DNA of 64,000 nucleotides from an uncultured beta proteobacterium (lineage in GTDB: Bacteria > Pseudomonadota > Gammaproteobacteria > Burkholderiales > Burkholderiaceae): contig CAIZRK010000032.1 of assembly GCA_903935355.1 (NCBI GenBank), forward strand, positions 40,661 through 104,660. Direction: 5' to 3'. The stretch's first letter is position 1; each line of letters begins with the position of its first letter. The position numbers were made by a program, and so were the translations under genes. The notes beneath the pieces were generated by a model. That model was not told where the DNA came from. It searched no databases and was given only the letters and a program-made list of their open reading frames with translations. Shown piece by piece: positions 9,065 to 18,536 of the stretch.

Positions 9065-12000
9065 CTCTTTCTGAGATTTGTATTCGCCGGCCTGTCATGA
9101 CGGTGTTGCTCTCCGTAGCGACCGTCATTGCTGGCTCTATTGCCTATCTTAAGATTCCAGTTGCCGCACTACCTAGCTTTAATACCCCCGTTATTTCTGT
9201 AAGTGCCTCATTACCTGGCGCCTCGCCAGAAAATATGGCATCTGCAGTGGCATTACCTTTAGAAAAAGAATTCTCAACCATAGATGGCGTCAAAATCATC
9301 AGCTCTACTAATTCCTTGGGCAGTACGAGTATTACCCTGGAATTTAATAATGATCGTGATATTGATAAAGCTGCAGTAGATGTTCAAGCAGCCCTCTTGC
9401 GCGCACAAAAGCGACTCCCTATTGAAATGACGGTGCCGCCATCCTACCGCAAGATCAATCCGGCTGACACCCCAGTTCTAGTGGTAAGGATGCAATCTCC
9501 TTCCATCAGTCTTTCTGATCTAAACGCTTATGCAGAAAACTTACTTTCACCAAACCTCTCCACCATAAGCGGTGTTGCTCAAGTATTAGTTTATGGTGCT
9601 AAACGTTATGCTGTACGCGTAAGAGTTCATCCGGACGCACTAGGCAACCGCAATCTCACAATGGATGATGTTGCCACAGCCATTAACAAGGCTAACTCGA
9701 ATAGTCCAGTAGGAGTACTTGACGGTCCACGCCAATCCATCACCATTTATGCTAATCCACAATTAGTGCGGCCAGAAGAGTTTGGCAATCTCATCATTAG
9801 CCAAAAGAATGGCTTGCCCATTTATTTGAAAGATGTTGCTGAAGTGGTTGAGAGCTATGAAGATGTTAAAACATTAGCTAGCGCTAATGGGGAGCGATCC
9901 ATTGCAATTGCCGTCTTGCGTCAGCCAAATGCCAATACTGTTGAGGTAGTCAAATCGGTTAAGGAATTACTTCCACAACTTCAAAAGCAGATGCCAGATT
10001 CGATCAAACTTCAGCTTTTAAATGACCGGTCAGTTTCTATTGTAGAGGCGATCCATGATGTCAATGTCACATTAGCACTGACGGTGCTCTTGGTGATACT
10101 AGTGATCTTCTTATTTCTTAAACATCTGTCAGCGACGATTATTCCATCTATCAGCCTGCCTATCTCCTTAATTGGTGCTTTTTTCTTGCTCTATTTCATG
10201 GGTTACAGCTTAGACAATATCTCACTGCTTGGCATCACTTTAGCAGTGGGTTTGGTGGTAGATGATGCCATTGTGGTACTTGAAAATATCATGCGATATG
10301 TAGAACAAGGAATGGATCCACTAAAAGCGGCTCTTAAGGGAAGTAAAGAGGTTAGCTTCACTATCGTTTCAATTTCGCTCTCTTTGGTAGCAGTATTCAT
10401 CCCCCTCTTCTTTATGCCTGGCCCCATTGGCCTTCTCTTTAGAGAGTTCGCAGTAGTCGTTTCCTTGTCTATTCTGGTCTCTGCTCTGGTTTCTCTCACC
10501 GTTGTTCCAATGTTGTGCAGTCGCTTCTTACCAAAACCAGGCCAACATGCCAAAGAGTTTGCCATCAATAAAAAGTTTGATCGGTTTTTCGATTGGATGC
10601 TCAAGACTTATATTCATTACTTAGACTTAGCTCTTGTTAATCGCAAGAAAGTACTCTGGGGAGCAATCTCTACTTTTTTCATTACCGTAATACTATTTAT
10701 CAACAGCCCAAAGGGATTTTTTCCTGAAGAAGACATAGGTCAAATTTTGGCTACCACGGAAGCTTCTGAGGATATTTCATTTAAGGCAATGCTCGTTCTG
10801 CAAGATCAAGCTGCTGCCATGGTCAATGAAGACCCTAATGTGGCTAGCTCTATTTCCATAGTGGGTGGCGGTAATAGCTCAGGAAGCAATACCGGCAGAA
10901 TTTTCATCATCTTAAAACCCAAGAGTGATCGCGCTAAGATGGCAAAAATCCTAGAAGAATTGAGGGCAAAATTTAAGGAAATTCCAGGTCTTCAGGTTTA
11001 CATGCGCCCAGTACAAAACTTACAACTTGGTGGTCGTAGTAGTAAGAGTCGTTATCAATTTACCTTACAGAGTGTTGGCTTTGAAGGGGTTAATGAATGG
11101 GCTGATAAATTGATGCAGAAGATGAGAGCTGATCCTATATTTAGAGATGTCACCAGTGACTCACAACTGAAAGGCTTAAATGTCAAAATTAATATTGATC
11201 GTGAAAAAGCAGCGAGCGCTGGGGTTAGCATTACCGATATTCGTTCCGCCCTTTACAACTCCTTTGGCGAAAAACAAGTCTCAACCATCTATACACCGGT
11301 TAATACCTACTACGTCATCCTGCAAGCAGCTGAAGAAGATCGACAATATGAAACCGATTTAAATAAGATCTTTGTTCGTGGTCGCGCTACCGACAAACTG
11401 ATTCCCCTCTCTAATGTCGCCAGTTTTACTAGAACCATCGGCCCCACAGCAGTTAATCATCAGGGTCAGATTCCTGCTGTTACGCTTTCTTTTAATTTAG
11501 CTCCAGATGTATTTTTGGGTGATGCCACTAAGCAGATTGAAGCTTATACGAAAGAAATTGCTCTGCCTGCATCCATCATCACGAGTTATGGCGGAGATGC
11601 GGCTGTATTTAAAACCAATCAAACTGGACAGCTAATTCTTATCTTTGCTGCCTTAGGGGTGATCTACATACTCTTGGGTGTCTTGTATGAGAGCTATATC
11701 CACCCGCTTACTATTTTGGCTGGACTGCCGTCAGCAGCTATTGGTGCGATCTTAGCATTGCGTATTTTTAGTTTTGAGCTGACGATCATCGCCTCCATTG
11801 GAATCCTACTTTTGATTGGTATTGTGAAAAAGAATGCCATTTTGATGATTGACTTTGCGTTAGATGCACAACGACATCGTGGCTTAAGCCCAGAAAAAGC
11901 AATTAGAGAGGCCTGTATTTTGCGTTTTCGCCCAATTATGATGACCACTTTTGCCGCTCTGATGGGTGCACTGCCGATTGCCTTTGGTATTGGTGCTGGT

Positions 12001-12159
12001 GCTGAGCTTCGCCAACCATTGGGCATTAGCGTAGCCGGCGGACTGATCTTCTCCCAATTTGTTACGTTAATTATTACCCCTGTTATTTATCTCTATCTCG
12101 ATAAATACGCAGGTACTGGCCCACTGCAAATCCCCCCATCAATCCTAGAAGGTAGCTAA
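9061..12159 (+). CDS. RND-family multidrug/hydrophobe efflux permease (AcrB/MdtB-like)
   Basis: 1032-aa ORF starting MTLSEICIRRPVMT, with 12-TM AcrB-type architecture and the conserved blocks VGLVVDDAIVVLENI and GIVKKNAILMIDFA. Confidence 0.92.
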   Translation: MTLSEICIRRPVMTVLLSVATVIAGSIAYLKIPVAALPSFNTPVISVSASLPGASPENMASAVALPLEKEFSTIDGVKIISSTNSLGSTSITLEFNNDRDIDKAAVDVQAALLRAQKRLPIEMTVPPSYRKINPADTPVLVVRMQSPSISLSDLNAYAENLLSPNLSTISGVAQVLVYGAKRYAVRVRVHPDALGNRNLTMDDVATAINKANSNSPVGVLDGPRQSITIYANPQLVRPEEFGNLIISQKNGLPIYLKDVAEVVESYEDVKTLASANGERSIAIAVLRQPNANTVEVVKSVKELLPQLQKQMPDSIKLQLLNDRSVSIVEAIHDVNVTLALTVLLVILVIFLFLKHLSATIIPSISLPISLIGAFFLLYFMGYSLDNISLLGITLAVGLVVDDAIVVLENIMRYVEQGMDPLKAALKGSKEVSFTIVSISLSLVAVFIPLFFMPGPIGLLFREFAVVVSLSILVSALVSLTVVPMLCSRFLPKPGQHAKEFAINKKFDRFFDWMLKTYIHYLDLALVNRKKVLWGAISTFFITVILFINSPKGFFPEEDIGQILATTEASEDISFKAMLVLQDQAAAMVNEDPNVASSISIVGGGNSSGSNTGRIFIILKPKSDRAKMAKILEELRAKFKEIPGLQVYMRPVQNLQLGGRSSKSRYQFTLQSVGFEGVNEWADKLMQKMRADPIFRDVTSDSQLKGLNVKINIDREKAASAGVSITDIRSALYNSFGEKQVSTIYTPVNTYYVILQAAEEDRQYETDLNKIFVRGRATDKLIPLSNVASFTRTIGPTAVNHQGQIPAVTLSFNLAPDVFLGDATKQIEAYTKEIALPASIITSYGGDAAVFKTNQTGQLILIFAALGVIYILLGVLYESYIHPLTILAGLPSAAIGAILALRIFSFELTIIASIGILLLIGIVKKNAILMIDFALDAQRHRGLSPEKAIREACILRFRPIMMTTFAALMGALPIAFGIGAGAELRQPLGISVAGGLIFSQFVTLIITPVIYLYLDKYAGTGPLQIPPSILEGS

Positions 12160-12860
12160 TGCGTCAAGTTATTCTCGATACAGAAACCACTGGTCTTAAT
12201 CCTGCTACAGGTGATCGTATTATTGAAATAGGTTGTGTAGAAATGATCGGTCGTCGTCTTACCGATCGCACCTTTCACTATTACATCAATCCTGAGCGTG
12301 ATATTGATGCAGGTGCGTTTGCTGTACATGGCTTATCCCGTGAATTTCTATCTGACAAGCCTATCTTTGCCCATATTGTGGAAGAGCTTATTGAGTTTAT
12401 TGATGGTGCTGAAGTGGTTATTCATAATGCAGCCTTCGACTTAGGCTTCTTGGATAATGAATTCGCACTTCTCAAACGCGCCCCTTTTAGAGGATTAACT
12501 GCAAAAGTAACTGACACATTATTAGATGCACGCCAAATGTTCCCCGGCAAACGTAATTCCTTAGACGCGCTTTGTGAACGCTTTGCGATTAGCAATCAAC
12601 ACAGAACTTTACATGGCGCCTTATTAGATGCTCAGTTGCTAGCCGAAGTGTATATCGCCATGACTCGCGGACAAGAAGATCTTTCGATTGATCTGATTGA
12701 TTACACCGTCGGGACCGATGCTTCTGGTCATACGAAGGCTTTACCCACTGAACTTAAGATGTTCATCGCCGGTGAAGAAGATTGCCTGCTACACGAAAAG
12801 ATCTTGGCAGATATAGCCAAGGTAAGTAAAAAGGATCCTGTTTGGAGTCCTTCACGCTAA
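12159..12860 (+). CDS. dnaQ: DNA polymerase III epsilon (3'-5' proofreading exonuclease) subunit
   Basis: Has Exo motifs DTETTG, HNAAFDLGFL and HGALLDAQLLAEVY in 233 aa. Its ATG overlaps the RND permease stop (TAATG). Confidence 0.93.
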   Translation: MRQVILDTETTGLNPATGDRIIEIGCVEMIGRRLTDRTFHYYINPERDIDAGAFAVHGLSREFLSDKPIFAHIVEELIEFIDGAEVVIHNAAFDLGFLDNEFALLKRAPFRGLTAKVTDTLLDARQMFPGKRNSLDALCERFAISNQHRTLHGALLDAQLLAEVYIAMTRGQEDLSIDLIDYTVGTDASGHTKALPTELKMFIAGEEDCLLHEKILADIAKVSKKDPVWSPSR

Positions 12861-13954
12861 ATTGCTGCGGCTATCGCCTTACCTAAATCGTCTGTCTTAG
12901 CCTTACCACCTAAATCTGGCGTCAATGGAGAATTTGCTGTTGCTAATACGCTCTCAATAGCAGTAAAGATTGCTAAACCTGCCTCGGGGTAACCTAAGTG
13001 ATCCAGCATCATTGAGCCACTCCAAATTTGACCTATCGGATTTGCTATCATCTGGCCGTAAATATCCGGCGCTGAACCATGAACTGGCTCAAACAAAGAT
13101 GGGAATTTTCCTTCAGGATTAATGCTTCCCGATGGAGCTACGGCAATCGTACCCGTGCAGGCTGGACCTAAATCAGACAAGATATCACCGAACAAATTAC
13201 TTGCCACCACTACATCAAAGCGATCAGGGTTCATGACAAATTGAGCGGCCAGAATATCAATATGGTATTTATCGGTTCTAACATCTACAAACTTCTTAGA
13301 CATTGCTTCTACACGCTCATCCCAATATGGCATAGTAATAGCGATGCCATTAGATTTAGTTGCAGAAGTTAAATGCTTTTTGGGGCGACTTTGTGCAAGA
13401 TCATAGGCATACTTCAAAATACGATCAACACCATGTCTTGTGAAAACGGATTCTTGAATTACGACTTCACGGTCCGTATCGGGGAACATTTTTCCACCGA
13501 CGCTAGAGTACTCTCCTTCGGTATTTTCACGTACAACGAAAAAATCAATATCGCCGGGTTTACGATTTGCTAGCGGGCAAGGCACTCCTGGTAATAGACG
13601 TACTGGACGTAAATTGACGTACTGATCAAAGCCACGACGGAACTGTATTAAGCTTCCCCACAAAGATACGTGGTCTGGAAGGATATTTGGCATACCAACA
13701 GCGCCAAAAAATATGGCGTCATACTTCATTAAAGTATCAAACCAATCATCGGGCATCATCTTGCCATGCTTTAAATAGTAGTCACAGCTAGCAAAATCAA
13801 AATGATCAAATTGCAGACCGATATTAAATTTTTTGTTTGCCGCCTCTAAAGCCCGCATCCCCTCTGGCATCACTTCTTTACCAATGCCATCACCAGCAAT
13901 TACTGCAATTTTAGGATTCTTTACAAGCATATTGGCGTTCATTTTTTGTCTCAT
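12857..13954 (-). CDS. tartrate dehydrogenase/decarboxylase / D-malate dehydrogenase (isopropylmalate dehydrogenase family)
   Basis: About 365-aa ORF with IAVIAGDGIGKEV, VRENTEGEYS and NLFGDILSD, the beta-decarboxylating dehydrogenase motifs. Length and N-terminus resemble TtuC-type enzymes. The first ATG is at 13954; the track start at 13957 is TTG. Confidence 0.78.
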   Translation of the reverse strand: MRQKMNANMLVKNPKIAVIAGDGIGKEVMPEGMRALEAANKKFNIGLQFDHFDFASCDYYLKHGKMMPDDWFDTLMKYDAIFFGAVGMPNILPDHVSLWGSLIQFRRGFDQYVNLRPVRLLPGVPCPLANRKPGDIDFFVVRENTEGEYSSVGGKMFPDTDREVVIQESVFTRHGVDRILKYAYDLAQSRPKKHLTSATKSNGIAITMPYWDERVEAMSKKFVDVRTDKYHIDILAAQFVMNPDRFDVVVASNLFGDILSDLGPACTGTIAVAPSGSINPEGKFPSLFEPVHGSAPDIYGQMIANPIGQIWSGSMMLDHLGYPEAGLAIFTAIESVLATANSPLTPDLGGKAKTDDLGKAIAAAI

Positions 13955-14011
13955 CAATAGAATGGAGTTTAATAATATGTTAGTAGCTGATATTGAAAGC
14001 TAATTTACAGC

Positions 14012-14671
14012 CTAGCTAATTGCCCTGCGGATTTCATCTACCTGAGGTTTGGTTCCTTTAACTGTATTACTATCGTGTTCAGTGGTATTTTCAATTGTCT
14101 CAGTCGCGGCTTCTTGCATCCGGATATTATCCTTTGGGCATATTGGGGCACCATAGCTAGCCCACTTTTTTAACAAGGTAACTTCATACCCACACTGTCC
14201 ACACTTAGCCTTGCTTCTACTTGCATTACTGGGCCTAGGTGGTGGAAATACAATAGCTTGGTGAGGATATGGACCAAGCTCTTGGCTAATCATCATCAGC
14301 TTAACTACCAGCTCCTCGGTGGCATGAGCCATCCGAGCTGGCCCCTCTAGACCCACAGTTTGAGCAATTCCCTTGAAGTCCTCGCCATGTCCACTAAAGC
14401 AGTCATCCACCGCATGGCAAAGTTCATGTACTAGGGTATCTAGTAATTGGACTGGATCATCTATTTTTGGAGAAATAAAGATCTCATTAACACCGCCTCC
14501 AGAACGTTCGCGTGGCCAACACTGTCCTAGGGTAGTTCTAGGGCTGCTAGAAGCCGGAAATCCGCAGGACACTCGAACCGGTGGAATGGCATAGCCAGCT
14601 TTTGAGAAAACAGGCCCTAGGTACCTGACAGCGTCTTCTAGCCAAGCTTCTCGTATTAAATGTTGTTTCAT
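14012..14671 (-). CDS. SprT-like zinc metalloprotease domain protein with C-terminal zinc-ribbon-like CxxC...CP motif
   Basis: Has an HExxH motif (LVHELCHAV) in a SprT-like context, plus CGQCGYEV...APICPKD near the C-terminus. I use the ATG at 14671 (MKQHLIREAWLED). The track's TTG start at 14746 would overlap the divergent amidase ATG. Confidence 0.6.
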   Translation of the reverse strand: MKQHLIREAWLEDAVRYLGPVFSKAGYAIPPVRVSCGFPASSSPRTTLGQCWPRERSGGGVNEIFISPKIDDPVQLLDTLVHELCHAVDDCFSGHGEDFKGIAQTVGLEGPARMAHATEELVVKLMMISQELGPYPHQAIVFPPPRPSNASRSKAKCGQCGYEVTLLKKWASYGAPICPKDNIRMQEAATETIENTTEHDSNTVKGTKPQVDEIRRAIS

Positions 14672-14740
14672 TGTGAATATTTTAGTAAATTTTATTGATC
14701 GTGAATTGCGATCATACGCCAGGCTCAGTAGAATAGACTG

Positions 14741-16051
14741 ATGCAAGATCTAGAAAGCCTGAGTGCATCGCAGGCCATACGCGCCCTCACCCGCAGAGAA
14801 ATTAAAGCTACCGATTTACTGCTTGCTTGCCTTGACCGTATTGGTCAAAGAGAAAATACAGTTAGAGCTTGGACAAGCCTAGGTAAAGAAAGTGCCCTCA
14901 GGCGCGCTAAAGAATTGGATAGGGGCAGCGTCAAAGGTCTTTTACACGGTCTTCCAATAGGGGTTAAAGATATCTATGACACCTATGATCTTCCGACCTC
15001 CTATGGTTCATCTATCTACACTAATCATTACCCTGCTATTGATGCGGTCTCGATAGCGCTTATGCGACAAGCAGGAGGCATTATTTTAGGCAAGACTGTC
15101 TCCACTGAATTTGCCAGCTTTAAGAGCGGTCCCACTGCAAACCCGCATAATCAACATCACACTCCAGGCGGCTCCTCTAGTGGCTCTGCTGCTGCGATAG
15201 CCGACTTTATGGTACCGCTAGCAACGGGTAGTCAAACTGCTGGATCAATTATTCGTCCAGCATCATTTTGCGGCGTTATTGGTTTTAAACCGTCCTTAGG
15301 AAAAATCAGTACAGCTGGAGTAAAAAGTCTTTCCCAGACCATGGATACCATGGGATGCTTTGGCAGAACTATTGGAGATGTAGGTCTTGGCGTCGCTGCA
15401 ATGAGCGGCGACCATGAGTTGGCCACTATCAGAGAGCTTCACAATAAGCCACGTCTTGCGATCTGCAAAACCGCAGATTGGAGAATGGCTCAAAAAGAAA
15501 CTGCGGGCGCTCTAGCCCTTGCACGATTTGCTGCAGAAGCCATTGCCAAAGGAAAGGTTGACGACTATAAACTTCCAACACCCTTTAATGACATCTCACA
15601 AATCCAAACCCGCATAATGACGGCAGAAATATCTCGTAGCCTGACTTTTGAGCAGATACGATTTCCAAAAAAAATTAGTCCACAACTAACGCAACAACTC
15701 AGTAATGGTGCGAGTATTTCTTATGAGCAGTATGCAAAAGATTTAATACGCGCATCTGAATTAAAACTCTTGATTACACAAATATTTAACAATGAAGTGG
15801 ATGTATTAATTGCTCCTAGTGCAATCGGCGAAGCTCCCGCCACAAAAGAAAATACTGGAGACCCCATTTTTTGTAGAGGCTGGACCTTACTTGGCCTGCC
15901 TTGCATCAACATCAACATTACAACTGGGACACTTGGCCTGCCAGTGGGTGTTCAGTTAATCGCAGGCACAGGAAAAGACCATCTCCTCCTGAGCGTAGCC
16001 AGAGCTATTGCATATGCACTTCCCGATCCCGTTGCTCGAGATCAGGCCTAG
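14741..16051 (+). CDS. amidase (amidase-signature family)
   Basis: 436-aa ORF with the AS-family signature GGSSSGSAAAIA and the upstream GVKD block. Confidence 0.88.
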   Translation: MQDLESLSASQAIRALTRREIKATDLLLACLDRIGQRENTVRAWTSLGKESALRRAKELDRGSVKGLLHGLPIGVKDIYDTYDLPTSYGSSIYTNHYPAIDAVSIALMRQAGGIILGKTVSTEFASFKSGPTANPHNQHHTPGGSSSGSAAAIADFMVPLATGSQTAGSIIRPASFCGVIGFKPSLGKISTAGVKSLSQTMDTMGCFGRTIGDVGLGVAAMSGDHELATIRELHNKPRLAICKTADWRMAQKETAGALALARFAAEAIAKGKVDDYKLPTPFNDISQIQTRIMTAEISRSLTFEQIRFPKKISPQLTQQLSNGASISYEQYAKDLIRASELKLLITQIFNNEVDVLIAPSAIGEAPATKENTGDPIFCRGWTLLGLPCININITTGTLGLPVGVQLIAGTGKDHLLLSVARAIAYALPDPVARDQA

Positions 16052-16297
16052 TTAGCATGAGTAGATGCTAATTGCCTTCATTCAAGAGGGTATTTTTAGA
16101 GTTCATGAACCATCTCTACCAGTCTATTGTTTGAATATTTCAGCATCTTTTATCAAAAAAGATCAAGAAAAGCTAAAAACCGCTTAAAGCGATAGAATAC
16201 TAAAAAAGCTGAATAAATGAGACCGTAAAATTGTGCAGGCTATAAGCCTCACCTCTTTCTTTAATTAAAAACCTATTAATTGTGAAGCAAAAATACT

Positions 16298-17818
16298 ATG
16301 AGCGCACCACAAGCCTATGAATCTACAGCAGATATTGGCCACTTTGTTGATGGCAAGGTAGTTCACCCCAAAGAAGGTCGTTTTGCCGATGTATATAACC
16401 CTACTAAAGGCGTCATAGCTCGCCGCGTAGCCTTGGCTAGCCGCAAAGAGGTTGATGATGTGGTGACAGTGGCAGAGGCTGCATTTCAGAGTTGGGGGCA
16501 GACCTCTCCCTTGCGCCGTGCACGCATCATGTTTAAGTATTTGGAGCTTCTCAATGCCAATCGTGATGAATTAGCCGCCATCATTACGGCCGAGCATGGC
16601 AAAGTTTTTACCGATGCCCAAGGGGAAGTCACCCGCGGGATTGATATTGTGGAATTTGCTACTGGGATCCCTGAGCTCCTTAAAGGAGACTACACCGAAC
16701 AGGTTTCCACCGATATCGATAACTGGGTGATGCGCCAACCCTTAGGTGTCGTTGCTGGTATTACGCCATTTAACTTCCCCGTCATGGTTCCCATGTGGAT
16801 GTTCCCTGTAGCAATTGCTTGCGGCAATACCTTCATCCTCAAGCCTAGCCCAACGGATCCTTCTGCCTCCTTATTTATGGCTAAACTCTTAAAAGAAGCA
16901 GGCTTACCTGATGGTGTATTTAATGTCGTTCAAGGCGATAAAGAAGCGGTAGATGCCTTAATTGAGAATCCAATTGTCAAGGCGCTCAGTTTTGTGGGCT
17001 CTACCCCCATTGCTAATTATCTCTATGAGCGTTGTGCTCACTTTGGCAAGCGCTCCCAAGCATTAGGCGGCGCGAAAAACCACATGGTCATCATGCCCGA
17101 TGCCGATATTGATAAAGCTATTGATGCCCTCATTGGCGCAGCATATGGCTCTGCTGGTGAGCGTTGTATGGCAATTTCAGTTGCAGTCTTGGTAGGTGAT
17201 GTGGCAGACAAAATCATGCCTAAATTGATAGAGCGCACAAAGACCCTGACGGTTAAGAATGGTATGGAGCTCGATGCTGAGATGGGCCCGATTGTTACTA
17301 AAGCAGCCTTAGATCGCATCACTGGCTACATAGAAAGTGGCGTAAGCTCTGGCGCTAAATTATTAGTCGATGGTCGTGGCTTAAAGGTGCCAGGTAATGA
17401 AAATGGCTTCTTTATTGGTGGAAGTCTTTTTGATGGCGTTACACCTGATATGAAAATCTATCTTGAAGAAATCTTCGGACCAGTTCTATCGTGCTTACGC
17501 GTAGCTAACTTTACTGAGGCCTTAAATTTAGTGAACTCTTGCGAATTTGGTAACGGCGTTGCTTGCTTTACAAGCGATGGCAACATCGCCCGTGAATTTG
17601 CCCGTCGCGTACAAGTGGGAATGGTGGGTATTAATGTACCTATTCCAGTGCCAATGGCTTGGCATGGTTTTGGAGGTTGGAAGAAATCCATCTTTGGTGA
17701 TATGCATGCCTATGGCAAAGAAGGGGTGCGCTTTTATACCAAACAGAAAAGTGTGATGCAGCGCTGGCCTGAGAGCATCGCCAAGGGGGCAGAGTTTGTA
17801 ATGCCTACCTCCAAGTAA
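16298..17818 (+). CDS. mmsA: CoA-acylating methylmalonate-semialdehyde dehydrogenase
   Basis: 506-aa aldehyde dehydrogenase with [27 protein letters not shown] and the catalytic-Cys block AGERCMA. Length and N-terminus are typical of MmsA. Confidence 0.86.
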   Translation: MSAPQAYESTADIGHFVDGKVVHPKEGRFADVYNPTKGVIARRVALASRKEVDDVVTVAEAAFQSWGQTSPLRRARIMFKYLELLNANRDELAAIITAEHGKVFTDAQGEVTRGIDIVEFATGIPELLKGDYTEQVSTDIDNWVMRQPLGVVAGITPFNFPVMVPMWMFPVAIACGNTFILKPSPTDPSASLFMAKLLKEAGLPDGVFNVVQGDKEAVDALIENPIVKALSFVGSTPIANYLYERCAHFGKRSQALGGAKNHMVIMPDADIDKAIDALIGAAYGSAGERCMAISVAVLVGDVADKIMPKLIERTKTLTVKNGMELDAEMGPIVTKAALDRITGYIESGVSSGAKLLVDGRGLKVPGNENGFFIGGSLFDGVTPDMKIYLEEIFGPVLSCLRVANFTEALNLVNSCEFGNGVACFTSDGNIAREFARRVQVGMVGINVPIPVPMAWHGFGGWKKSIFGDMHAYGKEGVRFYTKQKSVMQRWPESIAKGAEFVMPTSK

Positions 17819-17833
17819 TGAATTAAATAAAGT

Positions 17834-17866
17834 AAAAGATAGCGGCCTACAGGTCGCTATCTTTTT
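17834..17866. terminator. bidirectional intrinsic terminator between mmsA and the ABC operon
   Basis: Hairpin agatagcggcc-taca-ggtcgctatct flanked by aaaa upstream and ttttt downstream. It sits between convergent genes ending at 17818 (+) and 17871 (-). Confidence 0.7.
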
Positions 17867-17870
17867 ATCC

Positions 17871-18536
17871 CTATGTTGGAATTAGGAAACGTCTTTCGAT
17901 AGCCCTAGCAAATAAGACAATAATTGACACGAGTGCTAAATAAACCAAGGCGGCCAACATATATGCTTTGAAGAATTGGAAATTAGTAGCAGCTAATTCT
18001 TGAATACGCGCAAAAAATTCGGTGTACTGTATTAGGAAAGCAACCGAGCTATCCTTAAGATTAGAGATTACTTGATTGGTGAGCGCAGGAATCGACAGGC
18101 GAATAACTTGTGGCAAGGTAATCATCTGGAAGATTTGTAGAGGATTAAATCCTTGCGCACTAGCTGCTTCCAACTGGATTTTATCAAGCCCGTTATAGGC
18201 TGTTTTCAGATAAGCAGCGTTATAGGCAGCGACGTTAAAAGTAAATCCAATAAATGCTACTGTGAAGGGTGACATGCGCACGCCCCACTGAGGTAAACCG
18301 TAGTACATCAAAAATAGTAAAACGATTAGGGGCATTCCAATAAAGAAAGAAATATAGCTATTGGTGGCATTCCTAATTAAATGGCTCTTGCTCAACGTAA
18401 GATAGAAAACTACTATACCCAAAAGCAAACCTGAGATACTAATCAAAGCGGCTAGCTCCAATGTCTTTACTAGTCCCGATAAAATTAATGGGAGCTGCTC
18501 TAGAAGATCTCTTTCAAAGGAGGGCCACCCACTCAT
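17871..18536 (-). CDS. amino-acid ABC transporter permease (His/Glu/Gln/Arg/opine family)
   Basis: 221-aa polytopic membrane ORF of the polar amino-acid permease type. Its start overlaps the stop of the upstream ATPase gene by 4 nt. Confidence 0.86.
   Translation of the reverse strand: MSGWPSFERDLLEQLPLILSGLVKTLELAALISISGLLLGIVVFYLTLSKSHLIRNATNSYISFFIGMPLIVLLFLMYYGLPQWGVRMSPFTVAFIGFTFNVAAYNAAYLKTAYNGLDKIQLEAASAQGFNPLQIFQMITLPQVIRLSIPALTNQVISNLKDSSVAFLIQYTEFFARIQELAATNFQFFKAYMLAALVYLALVSIIVLFARAIERRFLIPT

Noticed and set aside
10203-10604. Long antisense ORFs inside well-supported genes. These include 10203-10604, 30669-31037, 35873-36217, 36990-37331, 43623-43973, 51966-52301, 54605-55075 and 63531-63914.
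   Set aside because: Each lies entirely within, and opposite to, a gene with strong motif support. Their translations are low-complexity (Ser/Ala/Pro/Arg-rich) with no recognisable motifs, typical of shadow ORFs.
16052-16297. 246-nt spacer upstream of mmsA as a possible riboswitch or sRNA locus
   Set aside because: It contains only short, mostly AT-rich hairpins. These are ttagcat/atgctaa at 16052-16071 and an imperfect gtgcaggct/agcctcac stem near 16233-16252. No recognisable riboswitch core is present and no adjacent regulator gene suggests a mechanism.
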